64,000 nucleotides of DNA from a virus (IMGVR_UViG_3300032046_000009); one strand, 5' to 3'. Shown: positions 35,224 through 44,309, numbered from the stretch's first letter. The notes: generated by a model from the sequence alone, not told the origin. Numbers and translations are program-made.

Positions 35224-35421
35224 TTAATCGTGCATCACGGGGATTCCTTTTGCTCTAAGTTTTGCTTTACGTCTTGCAACCTCTTCAAAATCGTCCGCGC
35301 CAGCGTCATAACCCTCTGAAAATCCAGCTTCATGTGCTTCCCATTCTTTTTCTTCGGACGTTTGTTTTATTTTCTTTCCTTCTAAAAAAAGGTGAAGTTT
35401 TTTGGTTTTTATCGTGTTCAT
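35224..35421 (-). CDS. acidic small protein (65 aa)
   Basis: track ORF; promoter box 35188-35225. Confidence 0.45.
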   Translation of the reverse strand: MNTIKTKKLHLFLEGKKIKQTSEEKEWEAHEAGFSEGYDAGADDFEEVARRKAKLRAKGIPVMHD

Positions 35422-35834
35422 CGAGATAGCAATGCTCCTATCAAAGCTCCTATGAACACCGTGACTACGAGTGTTGAAACGGCAAAAAGAATTATTCCGA
35501 TAATCAGGCAGTAAATCAATGGGGCATAGATTAGCAAGTTTGTGAAGGTTGCTGTTTGTGCAGTTGTAAAGTTTCCCAGACTAATCAGTAATTGATTTAG
35601 TTGTATCGCCCAGACCCAATAGAGATATATGCCAACGTAGGGAATAAGCGAAGCCAGCATTATGAGTTCAGTCAGGAAAACCATAACGAAGCCGACTATG
35701 AATCCTTGTATGCTTGACGTAATTAGAAAGCCGACAGCACCGACTATGAGTGCGATAATCAGCGAAGTTATCCACGAAGTTCCATAGGTTTTTACTACGA
35801 CTTGAGTTGATTTCTTGTCGTTCATTTCAATCAC
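35418..35834 (-). CDS. multi-pass membrane protein (about 135 aa)
   Basis: track ORF; 4 hydrophobic helices; promoter box 35858-35895. Confidence 0.55.
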   Translation of the reverse strand: MIEMNDKKSTQVVVKTYGTSWITSLIIALIVGAVGFLITSSIQGFIVGFVMVFLTELIMLASLIPYVGIYLYWVWAIQLNQLLISLGNFTTAQTATFTNLLIYAPLIYCLIIGIILFAVSTLVVTVFIGALIGALLSR

Positions 35835-35879
35835 TACACACTAAGATAGCAATGTCCCTTATAAACTTTCCCTAAGAAT

Positions 35880-36640
35880 TGCCATGCTCAGTTTCGAAGT
35901 TAGTTCGAAAAAGTATATGAATTAAATTTAAGATTTAATGGGACTGTTATATAATTTTTCATGGTCTTTTCCCATAGGTTATAAACTATTCCATAAATCC
36001 TAAATATAATCCTTGATAGATTTCGGAGTTAGTTCGAAACATCAAAAAGTCCATACTTTTACCATAGACTATTCGAACAATTTTCGAAAAGAAAATATAA
36101 TTATTTAGGATTTTATGGATTAAAATAACTATCCGATTGCCCAGAGAAGCCATAAGAATGCCCCGTTTGACAAAAGGACATAGATATAAAAAATATTAAA
36201 ATTATATTTTAGAATTTTAATCAGGTGATTAACCGTGGTCGTATATTGCATGGACAATATAGGATAATTAATCAACTGATTAAAAATTCGAAAAATCGGG
36301 TGAGTCGCGCTCGCGCAAAATTTTGAGCATTCGAAAAAAAACTAACGTAGAAAAATTGAAAATGAAACATCCAAAACGGAACAGCCGTTAGGGGGTTTCG
36401 CTTCGTCCACTTGAACGGGACGGGCACGATTAGGCTAGAAGTACGTGTTTCTTTCTACACGCATTTTAATTCTATATACCAATTCATTAAATATATATAA
36501 TGGAAACAGTAATCGTTGTTTCAAGTCCTATTCTAGCATTCAGACGATTCGTTGTGGTGTAGTTTTCCATGCTATCACCCATAGCTGAGAAGTAGTATGT
36601 GCAAACTACTATATAAAGGTTGTGGTAGAAGAACCATGCT
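35880..36640. repeat. AT-rich repeat-rich intergenic region (TTCGAA-containing direct repeats, two palindromic sites at 36227-36242 and 36278-36293)
   Basis: direct repeat TTCG(A/G)AGTTAGTTCGAAA at 35893 and 36022; no ORFs; long AT tracts. Confidence 0.5.
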
Positions 36641-36786
36641 CAAGTAAAGGTTACTTTCTCCACGTCCATTTTGTGCATACAGTCATAACAAAGCCACTTT
36701 CTTCCTTTAAGAACTACCACAATCTGTTTTCTTCCGCATCCGTCACACGTTAATCCTGTATAAGCCATAGTGATTTTGGCATTCAT
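36640..36786 (-). CDS. VxFT-tail family (49 aa, EKVTFT), terminal member of array 6; stop lies inside a promoter box
   Basis: hand-translated MNAKITMAYTGLTCDGCGRK... Confidence 0.45.
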   Translation of the reverse strand: MNAKITMAYTGLTCDGCGRKQIVVVLKGRKWLCYDCMHKMDVEKVTFT

Positions 36787-37076
36787 GTAAATGCAACCTT
36801 CTCTTTTCTGGTTTCTATGTTTTTCAAAAACTCTTCAAAATATTTGTTCCAAATTTCGCTGAATTCTTTCCACGCTTTTTCACCCTCATCGTTATCATTT
36901 CCAAATTTTGCACTATTGTTATAATTTTTACGAGCATCATTTAATCTTTGTATTCTACTTCCTTTGTCAAGAAAGTGTGTCCATTTTGAAAAACAATCTT
37001 TACATATAGTATATGGGGCAATAGAATGGCATGTCTTTTCCTCATTACAAACAGAACAAATTTTCAGGTCTGTCAA
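36783..37076 (-). CDS. VxFT-tail family (KEKVAFT), TTG start
   Basis: track ORF. Confidence 0.6.
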   Translation of the reverse strand: MTDLKICSVCNEEKTCHSIAPYTICKDCFSKWTHFLDKGSRIQRLNDARKNYNNSAKFGNDNDEGEKAWKEFSEIWNKYFEEFLKNIETRKEKVAFT

Positions 37077-37213
37077 GTAAACTCAACTCTTTCTTTCTGT
37101 TGAATATAAAATCCGTCAGCTATACAGAAATATTGTTTCTTCTCATCGTCCCATTCTTTGCCCCAACAATCCATTTGACAACCTTTGCACTTATGTTCTG
37201 GAAGTTCGGTCAT
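37073..37213 (-). CDS. VxFT-tail family (44 aa, KERVEFT)
   Basis: hand-translated MTELPEHKCKGCQMDCW... Confidence 0.45.
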   Translation of the reverse strand: MTELPEHKCKGCQMDCWGKEWDDEKKQYFCIADGFYIQQKERVEFT

Positions 37214-37350
37214 GTAAACTGTACCTTCTCCTTTGTATCCTTTATTGGTTTTCCCATGACAATCATTTTATCTCCTCTAATAGCAACCAAGAACCCGTCT
37301 TTCTCCATTATTTCTATGGCTTTCTGAATGTCAGCGTAGTCTATACTCAT
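37210..37350 (-). CDS. VxFT-tail family, non-Cys (45 aa, KEKVQFT)
   Basis: hand-translated MSIDYADIQKAIEIMEKDG... Confidence 0.4.
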   Translation of the reverse strand: MSIDYADIQKAIEIMEKDGFLVAIRGDKMIVMGKPIKDTKEKVQFT

Positions 37351-37364
37351 AGTGATTCTTTTGC

Positions 37365-37688
37365 TCAAGTAAAACTCACAACCTCTGGAAGTGTATCAAA
37401 TGGTTCGCTAGTTCTGCCACAAATTTTTACCCACTCATTTTCGTTGTGCATGTGAAAATGTTCTCTAATTGGTTTGCCGTTTGTTGAGCCGAAATGATAC
37501 CATCCATCATTTTCAAGTTTCCACGAATTTAGTTGGTAAACTTGCCCGTCTGAATCTTCTTGAAAAATACTGCAACTACATTTGAAAGTGTCTCCAACTT
37601 TGGCTTTCAGTTTTTCGTCTTGAGTTACGCTTTGGTTGTTCGGTTGATGAAACATTTTTTGTTTGCAGAAGGGACAATAGTAAGTCAA
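37365..37688 (-). CDS. VxFT-tail family (PEVVSFT)
   Basis: track ORF. Confidence 0.6.
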   Translation of the reverse strand: MTYYCPFCKQKMFHQPNNQSVTQDEKLKAKVGDTFKCSCSIFQEDSDGQVYQLNSWKLENDGWYHFGSTNGKPIREHFHMHNENEWVKICGRTSEPFDTLPEVVSFT

Positions 37689-37921
37689 GTGAACTCGACC
37701 TTTTCCTTATCAACATACTCTATTCTGAAAACTTTACCACATTTCTTGCAAGTTACTTTAAGAGGATAAGGGTCGTGTCCTTCAACAACTTTATATCCCA
37801 TTAAGAATTTATGTCCGTTCGGAACCCATTTTATGTCTTTTTGCTCAAAAGCAAATCCCCATTCATTCCATCCGTTTCCACATTTAGGACATTTTACGTT
37901 TTGTCTATTTTTCGGTTTCAA
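37685..37921 (-). CDS. VxFT-tail family (KEKVEFT)
   Basis: track ORF. Confidence 0.6.
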   Translation of the reverse strand: MKPKNRQNVKCPKCGNGWNEWGFAFEQKDIKWVPNGHKFLMGYKVVEGHDPYPLKVTCKKCGKVFRIEYVDKEKVEFT

Positions 37922-38121
37922 GTAAATTGCACCCTTATTCTATCATCCACTTTAGGTTTCAAGTCGAAAATCTCTCGCTGTATATTCTTATATCTGAGCC
38001 ATTTATTTTCTTGTTTAAAATGTTCTTCACAAAGAAAAATTATTTCTACTCTGTTCACCTTTTTGTAAACGTGAACTTCTTTTACAGCTTCTTTATTGCA
38101 CATCGGAATTTGGCATTTCAA
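37918..38121 (-). CDS. VxFT-tail family (RIRVQFT)
   Basis: track ORF. Confidence 0.6.
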   Translation of the reverse strand: MKCQIPMCNKEAVKEVHVYKKVNRVEIIFLCEEHFKQENKWLRYKNIQREIFDLKPKVDDRIRVQFT

Positions 38122-38393
38122 GTGAATTGCACCTTCACAAAATCGTCCGCGAACTCTTTGGCTAATTCGTTTGCTTCACCTATTCCCTTTGAAAATATTA
38201 TAGACGCGCCCCATCTTTTCTTTTCAATTTTGATATTTGGGTCTTTCTCTTTAAGAAATTTCAACCACTTCCAAAAACAACCACAATCAGCACCAATATA
38301 AAATACAGGATTTAGTTTAAGAATGTTGGTTGTCCCCGTTTCCCTAAACATCGTGGCTTTTCCGTTTTCCTTTCCGCATTTAGCACAAATCAT
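38118..38393 (-). CDS. VxFT-tail family (DFVKVQFT); ATG start at the junction
   Basis: track ORF 38118..38438 trimmed. Confidence 0.55.
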   Translation of the reverse strand: MICAKCGKENGKATMFRETGTTNILKLNPVFYIGADCGCFWKWLKFLKEKDPNIKIEKKRWGASIIFSKGIGEANELAKEFADDFVKVQFT

Positions 38394-38578
38394 GTGAACA
38401 GCACCTTTTCTTTGACAAACTCGTAATTTTGGCAACAACAGCCAGCACGATAAGGTATATTATTTCTACCTTTCTGAATTTCTTTTGGGTCTATTCCTTT
38501 TTCACTATCTATGGAACCACGACAATTTTTGTATTTCTTACAGTTGAAGCAACCACGATTAATTGATAAACCACTCAA
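38390..38578 (-). CDS. VxFT-tail family (KEKVLFT), CFNC...GCCC subfamily; TTG start
   Basis: track ORF 38390..38611 trimmed; paralog of 15047..15292. Confidence 0.55.
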   Translation of the reverse strand: MSGLSINRGCFNCKKYKNCRGSIDSEKGIDPKEIQKGRNNIPYRAGCCCQNYEFVKEKVLFT

Positions 38579-38763
38579 GTAAAGTTCACCTTTTCCTTTA
38601 CCTCTATGCAAGTATGTCTAGGTTGTGGTTCTCCACTATTACTAACTGCTGTCCAGAGGCAATGTTCACAGCAGAAGTTTTGTTCACCAATATCGTGAGC
38701 GTCCCCGTATTGTTCATAAGACCGTCCGCAAACGTCACACTTAACAATTTGCCAAGTCGTCAA
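38575..38763 (-). CDS. VxFT-tail family (KEKVNFT)
   Basis: track ORF. Confidence 0.6.
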   Translation of the reverse strand: MTTWQIVKCDVCGRSYEQYGDAHDIGEQNFCCEHCLWTAVSNSGEPQPRHTCIEVKEKVNFT

Positions 38764-38996
38764 GTGAACACAACCTTCTCTCTAGTATAGTCTGCAATTT
38801 TCCCCTTAAATACTTCCCAAGTTGGGTTTATTTTCTTAGGATATTTAGCAACAAAAAATGTATTATGGTCAGCAAAAAACTCTAGCCATTTTCTTAGACA
38901 AGAACCACAAAGAATAGCGTCTATAGAATGAGGATATTTTAGTTTATCTTCTGTCACCGTGAAAACTCGTCCACATTTCTCACAGTTTCTTTTAGT
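38760..38996 (-). CDS. VxFT-tail family (REKVVFT); TTG start overlapping the upstream TTTGACTAA
   Basis: track ORF 38760..39047 trimmed. Confidence 0.5.
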   Translation of the reverse strand, partial: TKRNCEKCGRVFTVTEDKLKYPHSIDAILCGSCLRKWLEFFADHNTFFVAKYPKKINPTWEVFKGKIADYTREKVVFT

Positions 38997-39225
38997 CAAA
39001 GCTAACAACTTCTGGACGTTCCTCTTCTGCAAGAACTTCCTTTGCACTTCCTTCCATGTTTCCTAAAATATAAGTGAATCCTTTTTCTTTACCTTCCGTA
39101 CAAAGTTCATACCATCTTGCAAGTCGTCTGAGATGTTCTTCACTTTTAAAATGAGTATCAACGCCTCTCTTTGTTGCAAAGTTTTTCTTGCACAAACCAC
39201 AACGCGCGTAGAATTTCTTAGGCAT
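38992..39225 (-). CDS. VxFT-tail family variant (PEVVSFD, TAA stop) with C2H2-like zinc finger (CGLC-x12-H-x5-H)
   Basis: track ORF. Confidence 0.55.
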   Translation of the reverse strand: MPKKFYARCGLCKKNFATKRGVDTHFKSEEHLRRLARWYELCTEGKEKGFTYILGNMEGSAKEVLAEEERPEVVSFD

Positions 39226-39315
39226 TAATCAAGTTCTCCTAAGTCGAATGGATTCCCGTGAGGCATCGGTCTAGTCGGGCGTTCATCGTCCTCAATGAAA
39301 GGACGCGGAATGAAT

Positions 39316-39972
39316 CTATGCTTCACCATTTATTATCTCCTTCAATTCCTTTATTCTTCTTCTATCGTAATATGTGTTTCGTTCATAATAGTTGACGTTT
39401 ACTTTTACGAATTGTCCCTTATCTTTTTTTGCTTTCCTGACTTGTTCCAAATCATCGGCTAGTTCTTTCTTCCAATATTCCAATTCCCGTTCAGCCCAGA
39501 ACTTTGTCAAATCCCATCTTTTACTTTTCGGATAATAGACATACAACATACTTCGCATGGGATTTTCTTCATGCTGTTTCTTGTCATAAGTTGAATAACC
39601 AGAGTGCATATAGAAAGATTCGAGTTTTTCTCTTTCCATGAATTGATGAATTGTATTTAGGTAATGTTCGACAGTTTCCATGTATTCGGGTGTTTGAGCG
39701 TCAATCTCCCCTCTGAGAGAAAGAAGGCATGACCAATATTGGTGTGACCAAATCCATCTACCTGTCGGATACCACGGATAAGGTATGTCCGAGTTCTCGA
39801 AAGACTTCTTTACTAACGCTAGAAAAACTTCACCGAGTTCATCAAGAACGTCATAATATTCATCTGTTGTACCTTTTCTACTCACACGAAACGGGTGTCG
39901 AATAGCTAAATGGTGAAGGTCTTGCAACCGTTCCATTGTAACTATAATTTTCTTTCTCTTTTCCTCAATCAT
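39316..39972 (-). CDS. hypothetical protein (218 aa)
   Basis: track ORF. Confidence 0.55.
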   Translation of the reverse strand: MIEEKRKKIIVTMERLQDLHHLAIRHPFRVSRKGTTDEYYDVLDELGEVFLALVKKSFENSDIPYPWYPTGRWIWSHQYWSCLLSLRGEIDAQTPEYMETVEHYLNTIHQFMEREKLESFYMHSGYSTYDKKQHEENPMRSMLYVYYPKSKRWDLTKFWAERELEYWKKELADDLEQVRKAKKDKGQFVKVNVNYYERNTYYDRRRIKELKEIINGEA

Positions 39973-40193
39973 TATTCATCCTTCCCTGTATCAAGAAAGT
40001 GCATTGCTTCCATGACGCTAACGTATTGGTTTGTTCTCGTTAGAATCTTGAAAAATTCGGAGTCAAGATATTCAGTTAAGACTTTTGGGTGTTTCTTTGC
40101 AACCCATTGAATGAGACATTGAGCATTATCGAGATTGGTTTTCGGTCTGTTCCTGATTCCTATCTGCTTCATTGTATCTCTAACTTTTCCCAT
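39972..40193 (-). CDS. hypothetical protein (73 aa)
   Basis: track ORF; promoter box 40228-40262. Confidence 0.5.
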   Translation of the reverse strand: MGKVRDTMKQIGIRNRPKTNLDNAQCLIQWVAKKHPKVLTEYLDSEFFKILTRTNQYVSVMEAMHFLDTGKDE

Positions 40194-40325
40194 TAATCGG
40201 TCACTACCTAGAGATATAGCTTTCCCCTATATAAAGGTTTAGTAAGAACTCCCATGCTCAAAACCCTATGAGTATCGCTGGTTTGCATGGACTTCTCCAT
40301 GCCGAAGGTCATAAAAGGAACTATT

Positions 40326-40341
40326 TTAATCAGTTGATTAA
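40326..40341. promoter_or_regulatory. palindromic site TTAATCAGTTGATTAA
   Basis: TTAATCA-NN-TGATTAA family. Confidence 0.6.
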
Positions 40342-40469
40342 ACATTCGGTTTCCATGACCAGCAGGGTTGGGAGCTTTTTTGGCACTTCGAAAAATTTCG
40401 AAAGCCATTCTCTCCATACAAACATCCCCAACCAGCAAAAAAGTGATGGTCATTTGCGAGACCTGTAAA

Positions 40470-40640
40470 AATTATCTGCCTCGAAATTTGCTCGTTTTCG
40501 GAAATTCGACTCAGTTCGAAACTCACCCTATGGGAAATTTTCTCGGTGGGAAAGGGCGGGAGCCAAATCGCCCCGAAATTTGCTCGTATTGCCGAGTTCG
40601 ATTCAGTTCGGGGGTCAGATGGCTTTTTTCCACCCCCTCG
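40470..40640. repeat. two imperfect approx 90-bp tandem repeats (CGAAATTTGCTCGT(T/A)TT..GTTCGA..)
   Basis: read directly. Confidence 0.5.
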
Positions 40641-40658
40641 GCTCCATGCCCCAAACTT

Positions 40659-40674
40659 TTAATCAGTTGATTAA
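40659..40674. promoter_or_regulatory. palindromic site TTAATCAGTTGATTAA
   Basis: TTAATCA-NN-TGATTAA family. Confidence 0.6.
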
Positions 40675-40839
40675 TAACTACCGAAAGGTTTATATGGTGC
40701 AACTCGTATTATATAAGGAAGAGTTGAACTTTCAATGACACAGAAAGTTACACTAACCGTAACCTCGAAAGTGACCCAGACGGAAACACGGAAAAGGGTA
40801 ACGCAGAAAAACCTTTAGGAAAAAACCATCGGTCACACT

Positions 40840-41070
40840 TTTTGAAACCACATACCCACACATAGGCGGCGCGCAGGCGAAAATTTGATTTTGGTCGGCG
40901 AACTTTGTGATTTCTGTTATGATTGTTATTTTGGTATTATTTTTATTTCCTATTTCCTGAGCATTTCGATTTAGATTTACTAAGGATTCGAGAAAAGAAA
41001 ATAACTGAAAACGTCTTTTTTTCAGGGAGTTTTGAACGTCTAGGGGAGCTAGGGGTAGGGGACTATCCCA
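40840..41070. repeat. composite intergenic module copy 3 (partial 5 prime block CACATAGGCG; full 3 prime block AACGTCTTTTTTTCAGGG..GCTAGGGGTAGGGGACTA)
   Basis: read directly. Confidence 0.55.
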
Positions 41071-41088
41071 GAGAAAGTTGGTATATGC

Positions 41089-41277
41089 TCAGAAGGAAGC
41101 GGGTGGCGGGGAAGCTGTTGTAATAAAGTCTGGGCACTTGCCATTCTCCTTTATTGCCTGAACGATAAGGTCGTTTACTGGAATACGCTTGCAGTATTCT
41201 TCCCTTAAACATTCCTTACATTTTGCACGTTCCTTTATCTCTTCAAATGGTATCTTATTCACCACCCTTATTGCCAT
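41089..41277 (-). CDS. small Cys-rich protein (62 aa)
   Basis: track ORF. Confidence 0.45.
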   Translation of the reverse strand: MAIRVVNKIPFEEIKERAKCKECLREEYCKRIPVNDLIVQAIKENGKCPDFITTASPPPASF

Positions 41278-41552
41278 ATTTCCCTTAATATTTCGTGGTA
41301 GTACAATCCAAGACTCTCTAAGTATTTGTCATATTGTTTAGGTCTTGTTTTTGTCATATTTGTAATTATCCAATGAAGAAACTCGTGATTAAGAACGCAA
41401 CACATATCTTCTACATTAAGCCACTTTTCTTGGTCAGTAATCTCCACTTTAGCCGAACCTTTTTTAACCCAAATTTTTGCTCGTCTATGATTTTTAGGCG
41501 TACTTTTTCGCACCTTAATAATGAGGTTTTCAAGATTTATTTCTTCGGTCAA
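41268..41552 (-). CDS. minimal HExxH (HEFLH) zincin-like protein, TTG start translationally coupled to the last array-7 member
   Basis: track ORF 41268..41576 trimmed; VLNHEFLHWI motif. Confidence 0.5.
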   Translation of the reverse strand: MTEEINLENLIIKVRKSTPKNHRRAKIWVKKGSAKVEITDQEKWLNVEDMCCVLNHEFLHWIITNMTKTRPKQYDKYLESLGLYYHEILREIWQ

Positions 41553-41788
41553 GTGAATTGTACCTTCTCTATCCATTCAGCCAAAAACTTGGCGTAAATT
41601 TTTTCCCATAATTCAGACCATTTAGGAGTTCTCGCTACATCATGAAGTTTGGAAAGAAATGGTTGTATAAAATTACCCCATTCTGTACTACATTCTCTGC
41701 AAAGAAAATGTTCAAATTTGCCTAAAACCAATTCAGATTCTTTTCCACAACGGTCACATTTTCTACCTTTAAGCCAATTAGCTCTCAT
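41549..41788 (-). CDS. VxFT-tail family (IEKVQFT)
   Basis: track ORF. Confidence 0.6.
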   Translation of the reverse strand: MRANWLKGRKCDRCGKESELVLGKFEHFLCRECSTEWGNFIQPFLSKLHDVARTPKWSELWEKIYAKFLAEWIEKVQFT

Positions 41789-41964
41789 GTGAATTGCACT
41801 ACCTCTCTCGGTATTATCACTTTTAAATCCCCACGTTTTATTTCCCTTTCAATTGGAATTTTGATACTTTTACCACCATGAGTGCAAAAAATTTCTCCAT
41901 GTTTGTTAGTCCGTAATATGCATCCTTTGGTAAGTGTGCAACAAGTACATTTATATTCAGTCAA
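41785..41964 (-). CDS. VxFT-tail family (56 aa, REVVQFT)
   Basis: hand-translated (L)TEYKCTCCTLTKGC... Confidence 0.45.
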   Translation of the reverse strand: MTEYKCTCCTLTKGCILRTNKHGEIFCTHGGKSIKIPIEREIKRGDLKVIIPREVVQFT

Positions 41965-42251
41965 GTAAACTGCACCTTTATTCTCTTTAATTCTTTCGGC
42001 ACATCTTTAGGCGTTCCCCACATATCCCTTTCATCATAAAATCTCCATTTGTCATTAAGAAGATGTTCCCATTTATTATCATAGAAAATCTTTGGAGTCC
42101 CATCTTCATTTTTGAATGCCTCGCTAATAATATTGTGCCCGCACTCACAAGCATAGAAACTCGCGCCTAAATCTCCAAACCAACCTATGCCATTTCGTTT
42201 TCCAGTAAATATCAGTTCACTTTTACAGAACGGACAAATCCAAACAGTCAT
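41961..42251 (-). CDS. VxFT-tail family (RIKVQFT)
   Basis: track ORF. Confidence 0.6.
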   Translation of the reverse strand: MTVWICPFCKSELIFTGKRNGIGWFGDLGASFYACECGHNIISEAFKNEDGTPKIFYDNKWEHLLNDKWRFYDERDMWGTPKDVPKELKRIKVQFT

Positions 42252-42451
42252 GTGAACTGCACTACCTCTGGGTCCTCTGGTACTATAAAAACTTTGTTGC
42301 TATGCTCAAAATATGTCCCATCTGTTTTTCTATTCCAAATACACGTCAATGATTCTTTGTCGAAAAGATGTACTCTTCGAACAAACTGAGCATGACAATC
42401 TTTACATTCCATACATACTTCTTTCTTTTCTATATTTCGTGAATGGCACAT
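42248..42451 (-). CDS. VxFT-tail family (PEVVQFT); paralog of 44551..44823 but apparently N-terminally truncated
   Basis: track ORF; in-frame conserved KCPMC codons lie upstream of the ATG with no start codon. Confidence 0.5.
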   Translation of the reverse strand: MCHSRNIEKKEVCMECKDCHAQFVRRVHLFDKESLTCIWNRKTDGTYFEHSNKVFIVPEDPEVVQFT

Positions 42452-42495
42452 AGGGCATTTAGTGAAGTTGAATTTTAAACCAAAAGTATTGAGAG

Positions 42496-42726
42496 CTATG
42501 TGAATTCCACCTTCTCCTTTGCATCAATTCCAAAATCCATTCTACTTCTACAACGCTCTTTTCCAGAGACAATTTCTCTGCCACCCTTCTCTCTCTCAAA
42601 TTCTTGAATGCAAGCCCCACAATAGCAAGCAGTTTCTTGTTTAGCTTTAAGTTCTATTCCACATTCTCCGTGACACATAAAACTGCAATGGCAATAACAA
42701 CACTTTTTATGATACCATCGTTTCAT
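42496..42726 (-). CDS. VxFT-tail family (KEKVEFT, TAG stop)
   Basis: track ORF. Confidence 0.6.
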   Translation of the reverse strand: MKRWYHKKCCYCHCSFMCHGECGIELKAKQETACYCGACIQEFEREKGGREIVSGKERCRSRMDFGIDAKEKVEFT

Positions 42727-42971
42727 GTAAACTGCACCTTTACTGGTCTATTTATTCTCTTTGTTCTTACTTTTAGTCCTAAGTAATTTGAAAAATACAT
42801 ACCGAACTCATAAGCATGTTCTTCACAAAATTCATCGTGGCATATATGTGTTATTTTTGTAGCAAATTCACGAGTGCTCCCTTCGCTTCGCACCATTTTG
42901 TATGACAAAATAATCTCTGATTCTTTTCTACAATCAACCGCGAGACAACAGGTTAAAACACGACCATTCAA
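42723..42971 (-). CDS. VxFT-tail family (PVKVQFT); TTG start; paralog of 44306..44554
   Basis: track ORF 42723..43034 trimmed; shared AYEFxMYFSNYLGLKV block. Confidence 0.55.
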   Translation of the reverse strand: MNGRVLTCCLAVDCRKESEIILSYKMVRSEGSTREFATKITHICHDEFCEEHAYEFGMYFSNYLGLKVRTKRINRPVKVQFT

Positions 42972-43096
42972 GTAAACTGCACCTTTTCCCTTCTGTGTTT
43001 GTTCTGTCTCCAAATTGCAACAACAAGCATCCAATCTATTACTCTAGCTTTGTATTGAATTTCTGTATCCCAATTATCAAATAACTTTGACTTCAC
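42968..43096 (-). CDS. VxFT-tail family, non-Cys (about 42 aa, REKVQFT) with GTG start in an ACGTGA junction
   Basis: hand-translated. Confidence 0.4.
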   Translation of the reverse strand: MKSKLFDNWDTEIQYKARVIDWMLVVAIWRQNKHRREKVQFT

Positions 43097-43446
43097 GTAA
43101 ATTGCACCTTTTCTCTAGTGATTCCTTCTCTGGAAGCCCAACGTATATTAGATGCGATTCCATTTACACGACATTGAGTTTGTGATAAAAATTCAATCTC
43201 AGTTATTAGTATTTCCCCTGTAGTAGTTTCAATCATTGGTTTTGAATCCTTCATTGATGTACTTTCTATATGAAGCCTGAACATTTTGTTATTATCACAA
43301 TCTTTACATAATTTCTGTGCGTTATCTATTTTAAGTTCGATTTCCCAAATGTCGCCACCATTCACTTTTACTGTCATATCGACTGATGAAATCCCCTCAT
43401 ATTTCTTGTTACCCTGAACTAGATATGCCCGTAAAAATTTGCTCAT
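43093..43446 (-). CDS. VxFT-tail family (REKVQFT; T codon ACG)
   Basis: track ORF 43093..43488 trimmed to the ATGA junction. Confidence 0.55.
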   Translation of the reverse strand: MSKFLRAYLVQGNKKYEGISSVDMTVKVNGGDIWEIELKIDNAQKLCKDCDNNKMFRLHIESTSMKDSKPMIETTTGEILITEIEFLSQTQCRVNGIASNIRWASREGITREKVQFT

Positions 43447-43658
43447 GTAAACTTCACCTTTACAGGTCTCTTTAATTCTTCTCTCCATTCAGTAGCAATT
43501 CTTTTCCATTTTGAAAGACGTAAAGTTTTATTACGGTCTTTGATATATATTCTTACTCTTTTTATCATTTTGCGTTTTTGTCTTTTTGCCTCTAATACCA
43601 TTGCAATAATTAGACCACAAATTGTACTTATCATTCCAATAATTAGTAGTTCAGTCAT
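43443..43658 (-). CDS. VxFT-tail family member with TM helix (PVKVKFT)
   Basis: track ORF. Confidence 0.55.
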   Translation of the reverse strand: MTELLIIGMISTICGLIIAMVLEAKRQKRKMIKRVRIYIKDRNKTLRLSKWKRIATEWREELKRPVKVKFT

Positions 43659-43882
43659 GTAAATTGCACTACCTCTCGTTCTAATTCTGGATGACTTTCT
43701 GGTTTAGCTATTATCTGTCCGCAATTGTGACATTGAACAACTTTGTTATAAGAATTCCATTTTATTGCTCCATTATATCCACAACCGAAACAAATATTAG
43801 AATGTATAGACCTATGTTCTCGCGTAGTCAAACGAACCAAACCACAATCTTTATCATAATGCAAAACTTTGAGTTGTTTCAT
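43655..43882 (-). CDS. VxFT-tail family (REVVQFT)
   Basis: track ORF. Confidence 0.6.
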   Translation of the reverse strand: MKQLKVLHYDKDCGLVRLTTREHRSIHSNICFGCGYNGAIKWNSYNKVVQCHNCGQIIAKPESHPELEREVVQFT

Positions 43883-44061
43883 GTGAATTGAACCTTCTCC
43901 CGTTCATTCATAATTGACACATAAACCGTACAATGTTCTCTTATTCTGCAAGATTTTATGCAATATTCTTTGTTAAGCGAATTATGTACTGTGCATCCCG
44001 AAATACTCCATTTAACGTTCAGTTTAGAAGGATGCGTTAAAAGAACTGGTTCAGCACTCAT
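43879..44061 (-). CDS. VxFT-tail family (REKVQFT)
   Basis: track ORF. Confidence 0.6.
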   Translation of the reverse strand: MSAEPVLLTHPSKLNVKWSISGCTVHNSLNKEYCIKSCRIREHCTVYVSIMNEREKVQFT

Positions 44062-44309
44062 GTAAACTGCACCACTTCTCGTTCTTCATATTTCCCACTC
44101 ATAAAGTTTTCCCAAGAATTAGTCCACGCACTTTGGAATTTAATAGAATCAACATTCTTTACTTCCTTATCATAAACTTTTCCCCACGCCGCACGACAAT
44201 TTGGGCAAAGATAAACAGTTTCCAAATTTTGTCCATTTTTATCAATTGGATGTACTCTTACTAACGCATCAGACATATTATTGCACTTGTCACATGGTCT
44301 CTTCATCAT
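44058..44309 (-). CDS. VxFT-tail family (REVVQFT)
   Basis: track ORF. Confidence 0.6.
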   Translation of the reverse strand: MMKRPCDKCNNMSDALVRVHPIDKNGQNLETVYLCPNCRAAWGKVYDKEVKNVDSIKFQSAWTNSWENFMSGKYEEREVVQFT

